A stretch of 64,000 nucleotides of DNA from a virus: IMG/VR virus record IMGVR_UViG_3300045988_171898, positions 1 through 64,000 of that record. One strand, given 5' to 3'. Below the pieces are notes generated by a model. The model saw nothing but the letters and a program-made list of their open reading frames with translations, did not search any database and was not told the DNA's origin. Both the position numbers and the translations under genes were made by a program. Positions 19,501 through 32,200 of this stretch are shown here, one piece after another. Position 1 is the first letter of the stretch; each line of letters starts with the position of its first letter.

Positions 19501-19970
19501 TTAGACAACATATTCCATTGCTTTATATTATCCAATAATCTAACATACCCACTACCAAAAGTAACATTAAATGGATTATTCATTGTATCCATTTTACTTG
19601 TATATTGATAATTTGTAACTTTCATTGTAAATTCTTCAACCGAATATACTCCATCTCCAATAAGTAAATCAGTCAAAGGTGTTTGGTTGTATGCTCTCTC
19701 AGCCTCTAATTCAGTCTTTCTATCTGTTTGATTAGTCTTATATGTTTTAATTTTTACAATTTCAGTACCTACCACAAGTAATTGATTAGGCTCTATATAA
19801 GGATAATATCCATCTATAATTAAATTTCCTTGAGGAGTTATATCAACTAAAAATGTATCAATATTTAAAGTTCTATTCTGTTTTATATTATTAACATAAA
19901 TTCTAAAACTTTCTGTATTACTTCCATTATATTCCTCTAAACTTTTTATTCCATACGTTTTTAACATCAA
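16503..19970 (-). CDS. tail-associated lysin / tail endopeptidase-like baseplate protein (Tal-like)
   Basis: 1155-aa ORF lying downstream of the tape-measure and distal tail genes. Size and position are typical of siphovirus Tal proteins. Confidence 0.55.
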   Translation of the reverse strand: MMLKTYGIKSLEEYNGSNTESFRIYVNNIKQNRTLNIDTFLVDITPQGNLIIDGYYPYIEPNQLLVVGTEIVKIKTYKTNQTDRKTELEAERAYNQTPLTDLLIGDGVYSVEEFTMKVTNYQYTSKMDTMNNPFNVTFGSGYVRLLDNIKQWNMLSNSIQKYNYSLYKTKIFIFEGYDDKVILTFRGYLKKVSFSKSLNDKRQITLNIVDQLGSYWNKDLVKKNFKQNKTLREFLSELFKIPKEKIYFKHINESEYPIIENLAMSNYSTYQEIIELLSSNGIRVTFTPRGHLYVFSEVLGGDKLRSDIILDDVRNLTDISISDDNQLIFNYGNIKYTRQFPYYDLDKGINYKYNKNISVTPLVILDSGNYLVKEFVVRDSHIASKVSLDVYGTPSVCMLKDNVTGIEFICNPLEIQGDTVTFMPIEILNDTGLLEFGKGKWLFDLGFNNTRNYTFYYVQGNLPTVFALSKQSPKNKSAITNNLEIPVSPIVLNDDGIEHINLNKSLTLQFGSPKNLKDLEYTGNYLGVDNIIGTWIGGTHLLYEKEWEQSQRGLDVFVNATRLSQSGINSKGLPIYDTFDNSGFKLEITNPNENDTEIVSKFVNTLRPNVYLKDLPKISFETGSGEIIGDIALKSTQKTTNILLEPNDILFPVRTLPEATAHEKLKFREMRAGGIEIRCVAVSNWNGETLLHFNNPLFTNIEYAKISVKDLIYIQNYYIKLNPIVQENNNFYHSDSESIKLYDGKKPFNIEKTIFNEQYTRKLLSYVFSAYKGTDVESIKYVIPVNTLKRLELELYDLVTISDETVTGIDTNSLFLIVGKSITFDNNRKIEYTLLNVYNKDYKLLDLKFSQIEKFNPLTDPTFNHSGIQQENTNIKQYADRIEFFDERLGKIIGKIIAVDKFRLHTLETSNDPLIDVELRGEHSSNYAESLFKNTLYETYLIVRIGDEYMYVSPFSYVDKGTTKYRLQVIQRKLANTQYEDNLVDRDVIVYLIAEGSSKDYGLKSNSIYIGDGSHGGYLSYDPYYGLTVRANRIEIVSGGTIGGNDDKVKKTDFDTYKSQIESRFTQIKNEINLQISQIDTSNLVKKNEIVAQINLSNEGVRIAGRKLQIDSQTVFNSDTEFNGKVTANRYIIVEGNGKRTIIGAGTIEYQEWSP

Positions 19971-19994
19971 ACATAACCCCCTCTTTTAATAATT

Positions 19995-20762
19995 TTAATT
20001 TTCTAATCTTAATGTATTTAATTTTATTCCATACTCTTTATCTAAAATTTCAATAATAAATTTCTTACCTTTTTCAGTCCATTTTAAATTATGTACTGTC
20101 TTGTTATCTGAAATTAATGTTGTATCATACTGTGCATAACCTTTATCTTGATATTTTGCTTTAATGTACCATTTACCACCTTTTTTATATTGAATATCTA
20201 AACTTTCTAAAAGTTTATTTAACTTAATGGCACTTAGTCCTAAATCTTTTGCAATCTGTGATACAGTCAACAAACTTTCACTCTTTAAAACTTCTTTAGT
20301 ATATTTTGCTTCTACTTCTAAAGGTTTAACATATTCTAATTCATAATTATTTAAAGCAACCATTCTCTCATTTTGAGAATTTGCTTTTATTACATTTAAC
20401 ATCAATAAATCTTTTCTTGAAAATGTAACTTGTTTTTGTTTCTTATATTCTTCCTCACACTTAATGAAATATAATCTTGCTTGTTTTCCTTTTTCATTAT
20501 TTTCTAGCATTGCCAATTCTTTAGCCATAGATAATTTTAATATATGTTCATTTTCTAATGTATACGGATTTCTTGGATTATTGGTTGCTCTTTTTTGAGC
20601 CACCAAAACAAAATCAATATTTTCAATAAATCCATACTTTTCAATTTTTCTTTTTATCCAATCCTTATATTTAGTTTTTACTTCCAAAAACTCATACAGT
20701 TCTCTACCACTTACAATTTGTTCACTACTCTCATTAATACTAACTTTAATTAAATCTTTCAT
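19995..20762 (-). CDS. phage antirepressor (AntA-like N-terminus plus KilA-C C-terminus)
   Basis: N-terminus ...DWIKRKIEKYGFIENIDF... is AntA-like. C-terminus TVSQIAKDLGLSAIKLNKLLESLDIQYKKGGKWYIKAKYQDKGYA is KilAC-like. Confidence 0.65.
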   Translation of the reverse strand: MKDLIKVSINESSEQIVSGRELYEFLEVKTKYKDWIKRKIEKYGFIENIDFVLVAQKRATNNPRNPYTLENEHILKLSMAKELAMLENNEKGKQARLYFIKCEEEYKKQKQVTFSRKDLLMLNVIKANSQNERMVALNNYELEYVKPLEVEAKYTKEVLKSESLLTVSQIAKDLGLSAIKLNKLLESLDIQYKKGGKWYIKAKYQDKGYAQYDTTLISDNKTVHNLKWTEKGKKFIIEILDKEYGIKLNTLRLEN

Positions 20763-20847
20763 TTTTCTACTCTCCTTGTATTATAATTTATTTTATAATG
20801 TATCTTTCAACATTACTCCATAATTATAACACAACAAATAGAATAAG

Positions 20848-21204
20848 TCAATACTTAATATTATTTAAAATATTATTTTCAAACTGTAACTGTATACTTA
20901 CCTGTGTTTCATTCTCATCTTGATATTCTAAACTTTCATTTACACAAGCAACTCTATAATAATTATCTCCTACTTCTGTTTCAATATCTAAAACACCATT
21001 CAATATTATATTTTCCAATACTGGAATATCTTTTTTGTTTAAAAAAATAACATTAACAGTTATTATCCTATATGTACCATTATTAAAAGTATATCCTGAA
21101 CCTGCTAATGTTCTTACCTTATATGAATTATGTATCTTAGTAGTAAAAGACAACTTGCCTTCCAATGTTATGTTCCTGTTTTCATTTGATATTGTTATTA
21201 ACAT
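20848..21204 (-). CDS. hypothetical tail-module protein
   Basis: 118-aa ORF. Confidence 0.4.
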   Translation of the reverse strand: MLITISNENRNITLEGKLSFTTKIHNSYKVRTLAGSGYTFNNGTYRIITVNVIFLNKKDIPVLENIILNGVLDIETEVGDNYYRVACVNESLEYQDENETQVSIQLQFENNILNNIKY

Positions 21205-21215
21205 CTCTTAACTCC

Positions 21216-22298
21216 TTATATGTTACATAGTTCATACCAAATATAACCATTCTTGGTTGCCTTAGATATATAAACTATATCTTTATCCCCATTTATTGTA
21301 TAATCTATTAAGTTTCCATCTTCCATATAACTTCTCGAATAGTCATCGTTAGCCTTACAATTATTTATTATTGTAATTTCCCCACTTAATGTATCATATA
21401 CAATAAATCTAAACCTAATCTGTCTGTTTAATATACCTGCTAAAGTTAGATTTCCACCACCATATAATCCGTGTCCGTAAAGTCCACTACCATAGTTTCC
21501 TGTACTTTCTTCCTCTGCAATATTTCTAATCTTTATATTTATTTCTGTTCTAAAATTTTTACTTTTTTTATGAATTGCCTTGTCATTCTTTACTGAATTA
21601 ATTTCAAACAATTCATTATTGCCTCTCTTTATATCATATCCATTCATTATATATGAGAGATTAAAGTAACTTCGTGCAACCTCATCTAAAGGGTCTACCT
21701 TATTAAAAAGTCTATGGTCTATATGTTCTACTATAAACTCTATATCATTTACATTTGTAACCTTTTTAGCCATTAATATTTGTATATTATTCAAATATTG
21801 ATAATCTAATATATTTCCACCAATACTTATTTTTTTCAAGGTCTTATCAAATGTATAGTTTTCTAATTTTTTACCATTAAATTTAACTTCCAATATTTCA
21901 TAGTCTGTCAACATATCATTTACATTTTCAAACATATAAGTAATATCTTTCTCCTGACTTAACATATCCAATACTTTATAATCTTTATAAACATAAATTT
22001 TATTATCCTTGTCAATAGGTATTAATAAATCTAAATCATCTTTCCTATCTTGAATAACATATATTTTATCTTTCTGTTTTAATACTACATTCTTTATTAT
22101 TGAATTTAATACAATTCTTTTTAAATATATAACATTTTCAAAATCATTCTCATAAATACTTTCAGTAGTATTTACTTTACTTAAATATATTGTATTTAAG
22201 GTATTATCAAACTCATTTAATATCTTACTATCTTTATAATCAATTAAATAAAAGTTTAAATTTCTTGATGTACTTAAAATTAAATCTTTATTTTTCAT
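21216..22298 (-). CDS. putative distal tail protein (Dit-like)
   Basis: 360-aa ORF. It is the first structural gene after the tape-measure gene once the inserted antirepressor gene is set aside. Confidence 0.4.
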   Translation of the reverse strand: MKNKDLILSTSRNLNFYLIDYKDSKILNEFDNTLNTIYLSKVNTTESIYENDFENVIYLKRIVLNSIIKNVVLKQKDKIYVIQDRKDDLDLLIPIDKDNKIYVYKDYKVLDMLSQEKDITYMFENVNDMLTDYEILEVKFNGKKLENYTFDKTLKKISIGGNILDYQYLNNIQILMAKKVTNVNDIEFIVEHIDHRLFNKVDPLDEVARSYFNLSYIMNGYDIKRGNNELFEINSVKNDKAIHKKSKNFRTEINIKIRNIAEEESTGNYGSGLYGHGLYGGGNLTLAGILNRQIRFRFIVYDTLSGEITIINNCKANDDYSRSYMEDGNLIDYTINGDKDIVYISKATKNGYIWYELCNI

Positions 22299-22344
22299 TA
22301 TATCCTCCTTATTTTATAATATCTTATAAAAAGAGTAGTTTTCA

Positions 22345-23166
22345 CTACTCTATAATACAATTCTCCTTTAATATTTTATGAATAAATTCTCTACCTTTTT
22401 GCGTCCATTTCATTCTAGTATAGTTCTTATCATTTTCTTCATCTAATATAGTTATTTCTTTTACTAATCCCATATCTTTATATTTTGAATACAAATGCCA
22501 TTTTTTACCTTGCTTGAATTGAATACCTAAACCATTTAATATTTTATTTAACCAATTAGCAGTCTTGCCAAAATCCTGTGCAATTTCTCTAACTGTCAAA
22601 GTTCCATCACTATCCAATACTTTATCGTGATATTCTTCCTTTATCTCTAATGGTCTTACATACTCTGTTTCATATTCATTTATTGCAACTAATCTAGTCA
22701 TTTCTGTATTTGCTTTCATAATATTCAACATTAATAAATCTTTTTTAGATATTTCTTTTATAGTTTCTCTCATTTCAAAATATCTATCTACAAACATATC
22801 ATATATTTCCCAAGCCAAGTCATTATCTAATAATTTTAATAATTTACTATAACCTCTTTCAGACAATATATAAATACTTCCATTTCTACCTCTATATGAA
22901 TTTATCATTTGTTGTGAAAATCCAAAATCCTTTAATTCGGTATCGTTCAAACCGATACCTAATAAATCAATAATATCTATGTTATCTTTAAATCTTTTTC
23001 TATTATTATTTATTAATTCATTAATATGATATATTTTCTTATTATGGATATTAGCAATATCTTTAACTAACATAGATTTCTTATCTTTTCCAAAACCTCC
23101 CTCAATACTTGTAAATTCATAATCTCCAACTTTAATAAGTCCATTTGTTTTAATTTCTCTAATCAT
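22345..23166 (-). CDS. phage antirepressor (ORF6N/Bro-N-like N-terminus plus KilA-C C-terminus)
   Basis: C-terminus TVREIAQDFGKTANWLNKILNGLGIQFKQGKKWHLYSKYKDMGLV is KilAC-like. Confidence 0.65.
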   Translation of the reverse strand: MIREIKTNGLIKVGDYEFTSIEGGFGKDKKSMLVKDIANIHNKKIYHINELINNNRKRFKDNIDIIDLLGIGLNDTELKDFGFSQQMINSYRGRNGSIYILSERGYSKLLKLLDNDLAWEIYDMFVDRYFEMRETIKEISKKDLLMLNIMKANTEMTRLVAINEYETEYVRPLEIKEEYHDKVLDSDGTLTVREIAQDFGKTANWLNKILNGLGIQFKQGKKWHLYSKYKDMGLVKEITILDEENDKNYTRMKWTQKGREFIHKILKENCIIE

Positions 23167-23256
23167 AACTACTTTCTCCTTTAATTTTAATATATTAAGT
23201 GGTAACTTAATACCACCTAATATAATTTACCATATTTTCAATTAAAAGTCAAGTAA

Positions 23257-26200
23257 TTAATGAATAAATCCACTATCTTTTAACATTTGTACTAAAGGTG
23301 CAAATAAATTCTGTGCCAATATTTCCTTACTTAACTCATCTGCCACAATAGTTCCTGCATTAATATCTGTTGTAAATGTGTAGTTATTTGTAACCGATTG
23401 ACTTGTACCTGTTTCATATTGTATACTCTCATCAACATAATCAATATCTCTGTTAGCAGTAAATAATCTCTGAATAGCACTTAATCTTTCCCTGTCATTT
23501 TCAATACCAACAGACAATCCTTTATAACCATTTGCAAGGTTTACTATATCACTAATTGAGTTAGTGTCAGTTGCATTGGTCAATAAACTATTCATTTTGA
23601 ATATTGAATTGGCATACTTCTGATTGATAAGATTAGTTGTCATACTTTCTCCAAGTTTTTGGAATAAGTTGTTACCAAAATTATTTATTGTATCTTCAAG
23701 ACTTCCACCTAGCATAGTCGACTTAATACTGTCTATTGCAGTTGTCAATCCATTATTCATATCTTTAACAATATCAGTAATGTTACCACCTAAAGCAACC
23801 CATCTCTTAGCAAGGTCTATTGTAAAGTTTTCTGTTTCCCTTTGCTGTCTTTTCAATAGTGCCATATTGTCAATAAGCCCTTTAATGCTTCCATTAACAT
23901 TACTAAATTCCCCAGTACGAGTAACTACATTATAGATTTCATCTGCTAATCTATTAAATTCATCAGTTAAAGCCTTAACAGTATTTCTGCCACTACCTAC
24001 ATTTTGAATAAAAGCATTAAGTGTACCTTGTATAAATTTACTTCCAGTATCAAATACCTTAGTACCATTCATAACATTTTGATATATTTGATTATAATAA
24101 TCACTCCACATACTTTCATTTACTCTACGATATTCTGTGATATTACCTTTTTCATCTTTAACTTCTTCTGTTTCAATACCATAATAATTACCAAACAATC
24201 TTTTAGTAGTCTTACCTTCCTTGTCTAAAACAGCCTTAATATTTTCATAAAAATTAATAAGTGCCAATGTATCTACTTTCTGTTGTCCTGTCGGCATAGC
24301 CTTAGCAGTTTCTTTTAGATTATCTATAATATTATTAATTTCATTATCACGGCTATGGTCTATCAATAAACCATCTCCTTGTAATGTTCCTTGCCCATTA
24401 AAGTATTTAATAAATTCACTTGCTGTCAATTCTCTTGAGCCATCACTAAGTCTACGTTGTAAATAAGCATTTAAACCATTATCTATTGGCAAACTCATTA
24501 TACGTTGTTGTTTTCTACCACCTCTAGCAAATCTACCAAAAATTGATTGTTCAGGATTGTTATAGTAATACATATCCCCATAAGTTCCCATAAGGTTTAC
24601 ATTACCTTGCATACCTAAAAGTCTTTGTGCTAAAGTAGTATAAGCAAATTCTAAATCCATTCTATTATTAAACTGTCTGCCACCAAACATACTGTCATTT
24701 AAGTTATATGATTGAGTAAAGGCTTCAACTGTGTCATATTTCTTGCTTCCTAAAAGTCCTCCACCTTTTTTCTTCTTCTTGCCGACTGTACGAGTTTCAT
24801 AAGCAGTACCACCTATAACATCTTTACCTGACAATGCAAACTTAACAGAACGAGAAATAGCGTCATTTACACCAACCTTAGTAGTCCACTTAGCCTGTTC
24901 ACTCATAGCATTAGCCATAGTCTTTAAATATCTGTTTCTATCCTCTGCCAACCAAGTTAGTTTCTGTTGTGATACAGTCAATGCTTTTTGTTGGTCTGCT
25001 TGAATTTTAGCCTGTGTTCCACCTAAAATACCACCAACTAAACCTAATCCTGCACCAATTATACCACCCATAGCACCACCAATACTAGCACCTTGAGTAG
25101 CACCACTTAAAGCACCTTGAATACCAAACCCCATACTACCTGTAAACATACCACCCATAAAAGATGATTGAGATGTATACTCATTATTTATAGTATCTAT
25201 CTTATTCTGTAATATCTGTTCCTCAATTTTTCTTCGTTCTTCAGTAGTTTCTGCCATTTGTAAATTCATTTCAAGAATTTTACCTTGCATTTCCAATTCT
25301 TTTTTCTTATAAGCATATTGTTTTTTCAACATACCATCAAAAGTAATTATTAATGTACTTGCATAAGCAAAGGCTTTTTGATGTTTATTGTAGTAATCTT
25401 CTATTTTTTGTATACCTTTTAAATTATTACTTTGATTTTCTTCATTTTGATTTAATACATTATTTTTTAAATCTTCCCTATTTTTTTGAATTAAATCTAC
25501 ATTATAATAATCAATAGCCTTTTTAATTTTTTCATCTGTTAGTGTTTCAACTTCAGGTATTTGTTTAGTTTCATTTTCTTCATTACTACTACTATTATTA
25601 TTACTATTATTAATTGGTGTACCATCTTTATTGATAGTTAATAAATCTGTTACTGTATCTTTACCACTAGCACTTAAAAATCCATTTAATAAACCTAATA
25701 CAACATCGTGAGAATTATTAGACAACATTTTTTTAACTTCATTATCATTACTTAAAAATCCTAATTCAACTAATATATTATCTAAATTAGTTAATCCTTC
25801 TGCAAATTGTCTACCATTCCCATCGTGTATAGGAGATTGACCTCTAACACCTCTCAAAGTCATTCCAGTTGCCTTATGTAACTCACTAAGCATAGTAAAT
25901 CCAAAATCATTATCATTTTTTTGATTACTCTTTAAAAATTCAATACCATTAGCATTGGGGTCATTATCATCATTATTATGCAACTCTATTAATTTTGCCC
26001 CTTTAAATTTATCATTGACAAAATCAATATCAATTTTCTTAGCACCTTTTTCTCTCTCAAGAATACCATATTTAATTCCCCTTGCTTCAAACTCTTTAGC
26101 AAGTTTTCTAATTATTTCACGATTAAATTCATATTCTCCAACACCATCTTTAGTATAAGCATTACTTTCTCCTGCAAAATGTCCTATATCTAAAATATAT

Positions 26201-29200
26201 TCAGGGTCATCATAACCTTCATAGTAACCTTTAAATTTTTCCCCTTTATATGTATTACTTCTCTCTTGATAATTTTGTTTATCCTTAATCCCAACTGTAT
26301 CTTTAGCATACTGTCTAACAGCAGGGTCGCCATAATCACTAACTTCTGCACTAGCACTTAAATACTTATCATTAATAGTCAAAATACCTTGTTGCAAAGC
26401 ATTATCATACACCATTAATACATCATTAGCATTAGATATTATGTTATCTTTATTATTTTGTGTGTGTAAATTATTAAAGTATTCATCGTTAAAAAATCCA
26501 CTATCTCTTAAATTTTTTACACCTGTATTAAATACACCTTCTTTTGCCCTACCATTAGTTGTATTAACACCATCAATAAAATGTCTAGGATTGTTTGTCA
26601 AATAAACATCTTTTATTGCTTTTCTGTCAAAATCCTTGACCTTAACATTATCGCCTAAAATATTCATTTTAGCAGCATAAGCGGGCAATAAATGTGAATA
26701 ATAACCGTTAGCAAATGAATATGTTTTAGCACCTTGCTTTTTCTGATATTCTACATTTTCAATCATTCTATACAACATTACTAAAGCATTTTGCTTAGGG
26801 TCAGACCAACCTTTAGAAAAATCTTTACTTATCTCTACTCCAAAAAACTTAGATATTTCTTCTGCTTTTTTAGGTGTCCAATAATCTTTCCCTATTTGAT
26901 ATAATCCTTTATAACTACTTTCTACCCATCTTTTTCTCTTTTTATCATAATATCTATCTACTAAATTCTTATCAAAGCCACTTTCACTATTTGCCTCTGC
27001 AATTAACCATTCAACTGGAATACCTGTCTTATTTGCTAGATATTGAAAAAATGCTTCATTACCTTTTAATGTTTTATTATTTTTAAATTCAGGCATATCA
27101 CTAGCATTAAATGACTTAGTATTAATAGAATTAATATCTACTGGAGTTCTTATTGCTTTCTCTCCAGTTAATTTTAAATTATTATTATTATTAATATTAT
27201 TATTATTACTACTATTACTATTATTAACTGTACTTTTTTCTATAATTGGTTCAGGTCTGTTAGTATTATATTTTAGTTCAAAATCTTTTCTTTCTTTATC
27301 TAAGACTTCTTGATATTTATTATTAATATTATTAATATCAATATTTTTATAACCATCTAAATATACTTTCTTATTTTTTTCAGGGTCTACATAAAATACA
27401 CTATAACCTTTATTTGTATGTACAGTATTTTTACCTGTTAAAGTAGTTTCTTGGTCATATCCATAAATTCTAAATAATTTTCCATCAAGATAGGCTTCCT
27501 TTGTATTTTCTATGCTGTCTTTTAATTCAAATCTATTCAAACTTTGACTAGGGGCAATATTAACAGGTTTCTGTGTTGTTGTATCTAAAACACCTTTACT
27601 TGCAACTCTATAAGAAGTATTTTTATTTTTATCCTTATCTTTATCTATCCAATCTTTAAGTGTATCTATTAATTCAGTAGTATATTTATAATGGTCATTC
27701 CAATTATTATCCTCAATATTTTTAGTAGTAGAATTTATATTCTGTTTTGAATAGAAATCATTTGTTTCATCAATACCTTTATCATAACTAATAGTAATTG
27801 ATTTACCATCATTAATTTTTTTCATAGTATTTAAATCAAATATAGGTTTTAATTCTGTATTAGTAACTTTACCTTTAACTTTACCTACTCCATAAAGTTT
27901 AGATGTTAAATCATTAAATTTTTTAATCTCTCCAATATTGACATCTTTTTTAACATATTCTCTATCTTTTGATGTATTAAGTATTTCATATTCTTTATTT
28001 GTTTCTAAATCTTTATAAATAACAACTGAATAATCTTGATTATATTTTTCTTTTTTTCCTTTTTTATTCTTTTTTGTTACTTTTCTTGATTTATTTATTA
28101 ATTCAGATGTACCTACTTCTTTCCCATCTACATAAAAATGACCAAAGTTATCTTTCCCTTCAAAACCTTCAATTTTTTTAGTATCATCTATTTCATTTTG
28201 ACTAACTATCTCATAAATTATCTTATTATCCCCATCATATTTATAATTTCTTTTATCTTTTGATATAGGATTTTGCATTGATTTCATTACTTCAGATAAA
28301 TATTTAACATTTTGTAAATTTTCATCGTTATGTTCATCATTATACTGTTTTATAGCATTAATTTTATCTTTTAAACCTATTAAAGATTTTTCTGTTAAAT
28401 TTTTATATTTAATATTAGCACTATCAACATCTTTAATAATTTCTATATAGTGAGAATTATTAGTAGAATATTCAGGAGTATTTAATGAAGATATTCCCTC
28501 TACGTGTACTATATCTTTAATGTTATCTCTACCTATAACATCTATTGAACTATTATTTTTTTGTAGTAATTTATTTTCTAAGATTTTAACAGCATTATTA
28601 TAATCGCCATTAGTATTTTCGGTCATTTCAATTTTATCATTAACATAATTCTTAAACCATACTTTACTTTTATTGCTATCTGTATGCAGAGTATAAAAAT
28701 CAACTATCCCATTTTCATTTAAAGCAGGGTAGTAATCCCCATCATCAAATCTAATTTTATTAAGTTCGCCTTTTAAAATACTTTCAACAAACATTTTACT
28801 GTTTCTAGGTATAGATACATTTGATATATCCCCTTTTTCTGTAACTATTATATTATCTTGATTTTCATTATTCAAATCAAAATTTTTAGTTTCATTTAAA
28901 TATTTTGTCCTATAATCATAATTACCTAAGTCTACTCTATCTCTATTATTATAATTAGATAATATAGTCATTTTATTATTATAGTTAGGTTTTTCTATAT
29001 TTGTATCATCATCACTAAACTTATCCTTTAACCACTTATTATTAAATTTATCTCCTACCCATTTACCTATTTTCTTGTAATCTTCAGACAATAAACTAAA
29101 TAAATAATTTAAATTTTCCTTATAATTAAATCCCTTCCATTCTGTATCTGTACCAAATAATATATTAGATAACATATCTATTGATTGATTTTGAAAATAT

Positions 29201-32200
29201 TTAAATGTTTCAAGAAAAGATGAATTTGTATCTTTTATATTATTAAACAATTTTTGAATTACCTGTAAAAATTCATCTAAATTTACAAATTGATTTTCAA
29301 ACTTATCTAAAAAATTCATAAATACTTGTTTTTCATTATCATTAAGTTCTGTATCATAAGCAACTTTCTCTCTAGTTTGTTGCATACTAGCATTATCAAA
29401 TAAATTTAAATCTTTATATTTTGCTAGGTAAGGATTTTCTTCTAAAAAACTGTTAAATATTTCTTTAGCATTTATATTTTGTTGCTTTAAATAAGTTATT
29501 ACACCATCTGCAAGGCTACTTACTTGTTTTAAATTATTTAAATTAATTTTTTCAAAATACTCTTTATTATACCCTGCAACTTCAAGACCACTACGTACCT
29601 TAAAATTACTTAATAACATTGTCTTTATTTGTTGCTGTGTATCTTCCAATGCTTTTCTACTGTTTTCTATTTTTAATGCAGTCATTTGTTTTCTACCATA
29701 AACACTTTCAATATCAATACCTTTGGATAATAGATTAAGTTCTTTTATAGTAGTTTCAAGATTTCTAACATTTTCAAGATTAAACATCTTATCGCTCATC
29801 TCTTTTAAACCGTTAGACAAATCTTCTATTGACTTATTAAATAATTTAAAATTATCTATCTCAAGTTTTCTTAACTCATTGTTTTTTTCAATCTGTTCTA
29901 TTAGTTGTTTTTGTATTGATAATTCATTATCAAAATTTTGAGATTTATGAAATAACTCTTCATTTTTATTTGCATTTTTAATTAAAGATGTATGAATTTC
30001 TTCCAATATAGAATTTTTTTCTTCCTCACTAAGATTAGCAAAAGCAAATTTATTTAATTTCATTGATTTAAATTGTTCCTCTGCCAACTTAAACATTCTA
30101 TCTTGACTTTTTTTATACTCATTCATTAATTTACTGCTATCTTTTAAAAAGTCATATCTTTTTTCCTGTGTATCTAAATCAATCCCATTATATTTTTCAA
30201 AATAATTTAACATATCAATAACTTTTGAATTAATATGTATATCTTTTACAGTAGTATTCACAATATTTTTAATTCTTGCATTATTCGATAGTATAGTATT
30301 AGTAAATTCAGTAACACTATCAACTAATTTATTTCCATTTAAAAAATTATAATTTCTTTCCCAGTCATTATTTAAATTACTTACTTTAACATTCATTTCT
30401 TCAAAACCGTAATTTAAATCTTTAACATCTTCATCAAATTGACTTAACACTTTTTCAAAACTATCTTTTGCAACTTCAAGGTCATTTACTATTTTATTTT
30501 CAATACTTTTCTCTAAATCTTTTGTAACACTTAAATCTTGGTCGCTATGTTCATCATAATAAGTATTTGTAGCATTTCTATAATTTTTCAATGCTTCATA
30601 GTAATTATTTGAATTTTTAAAAATTTCTTCAAATTTTTCTGCAAGAAAAGTAGCACCTTTTTCATCTGCCTCACTTCTTATCATTTCTTTTTGAAATTCG
30701 TGGTTAGTAATTTCTTGTAATAAATTATCAACACCTTTACTAAAATTAGGTATATATTCTTTAGGTAAATTAATACTTGAAGATAAGTAATTACCATTCA
30801 TATTGCCTGACTTACCACCTTTTATAAAACCTTTTCCATATACAGAAACGTGTAAATGGTCGCCACTTTTATGTGCAGATGTTCCATTAGCCTCATCTAA
30901 AACAAATGAAATATACCCTCTTTTATCTAGTTCTTTTGATAACATTATTGCTCTACGTTTATATTCTTCCTTGCTAATACCACTTTTACCATTAGTTCCA
31001 TTTTGTGCAATATCAAATGCCATTCCTACATAATGGTCGGAAGTTTTGGCGTGTGTTCCTCCAGTAGTTGAACTTACATACATATTAGGAAACATACTTT
31101 GGGCTAACTTCATAACATCATAAGCACTTTGTGTCATACCGTGTTGTACTTTTCTCTTGTCTGTTGCTATTCTCTGTGCTCTTTGCCCATTATATGTAAT
31201 ACCACCAGTATAGTAACTATGCCCTGTATGGTAAACACCTCTTTGTTGTGATGATATATTTTTATCATTATCATTGTATTTAATTAATGTAGGATTAACT
31301 TTTTGTGCCTGTATTGGTGTAATTAATGATGTACTTGTACCCCCATTTTTTCCATTATAACTGCTGTTCATTGCATAGTTATATCTTTGATTAGTTGCAC
31401 TATTAAGACCACTAAGACTGGCAGTTCCACCTCTCAATGCTCCTGAAAATGTATTGCTTTGGTGTTTCAACTCATAATCTCTCATAAGATTTAATACAGT
31501 TCTCCAGTCTGATACATTCTTTAAAGCACCTTTTTTAACATAATTTCCTGTCAATCCCTTGTTACCTGCTTGAATTATATAATCTGCTAAATATACACCA
31601 ACTCTCTTTATACCTTCATTATCTTTTATACCTGTGTATTTTTTAACAAAACTATCCATATCTCCTACTACACTTCTTGTAAAACTGTTTCTCCATTTTA
31701 CTTGTGCATTTATAAATGGTTGACCATATTTTTCTGCTACCATACCCCAATTACTTGCATTACCATTAGCAGATAATTCAGGAAACTGTCCTTTAAACAT
31801 ATTATAAAAATTTCTGTAACTACCTGACCTAGTATTTATACCAAAAATACCAAAACTTAATGAGCCTGCTGTATCTTTAGATACACTTTTACTTGCTTCA
31901 ATACTTAACCCCTTACCTGTTTCTCTCTTAGCAGTTAAAGGTACTGTACTTCCATAAATATCATCAGATATAACACCTGTTTCCCCAACACTATCACTAC
32001 TCATAGACATACTATTCATAGTTTCCATCATACTGTTCATAGCATTTATTAAATTTGTACTAATAGTATTTGCACTATCTACAATAGTTTTATTTGTAGA
32101 ATTTGTATTTGTTTTAGCAACATTTTCACTCTTACGTGAATTGATTGAATTTGTACCTTCCAATCTACGAATAGCATTAATCTGTCTTTGTGCATTTTCT

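Noticed and set aside
27170-27235. Simple-sequence repeats (ATT/ACT runs) inside the tape-measure gene and at about 25590..25620
   Set aside because: They encode Asn/Ser-rich linkers (NSNSSNNNNINNNNN), consistent with the overall AT bias. They are low-complexity coding sequence rather than a separate element.
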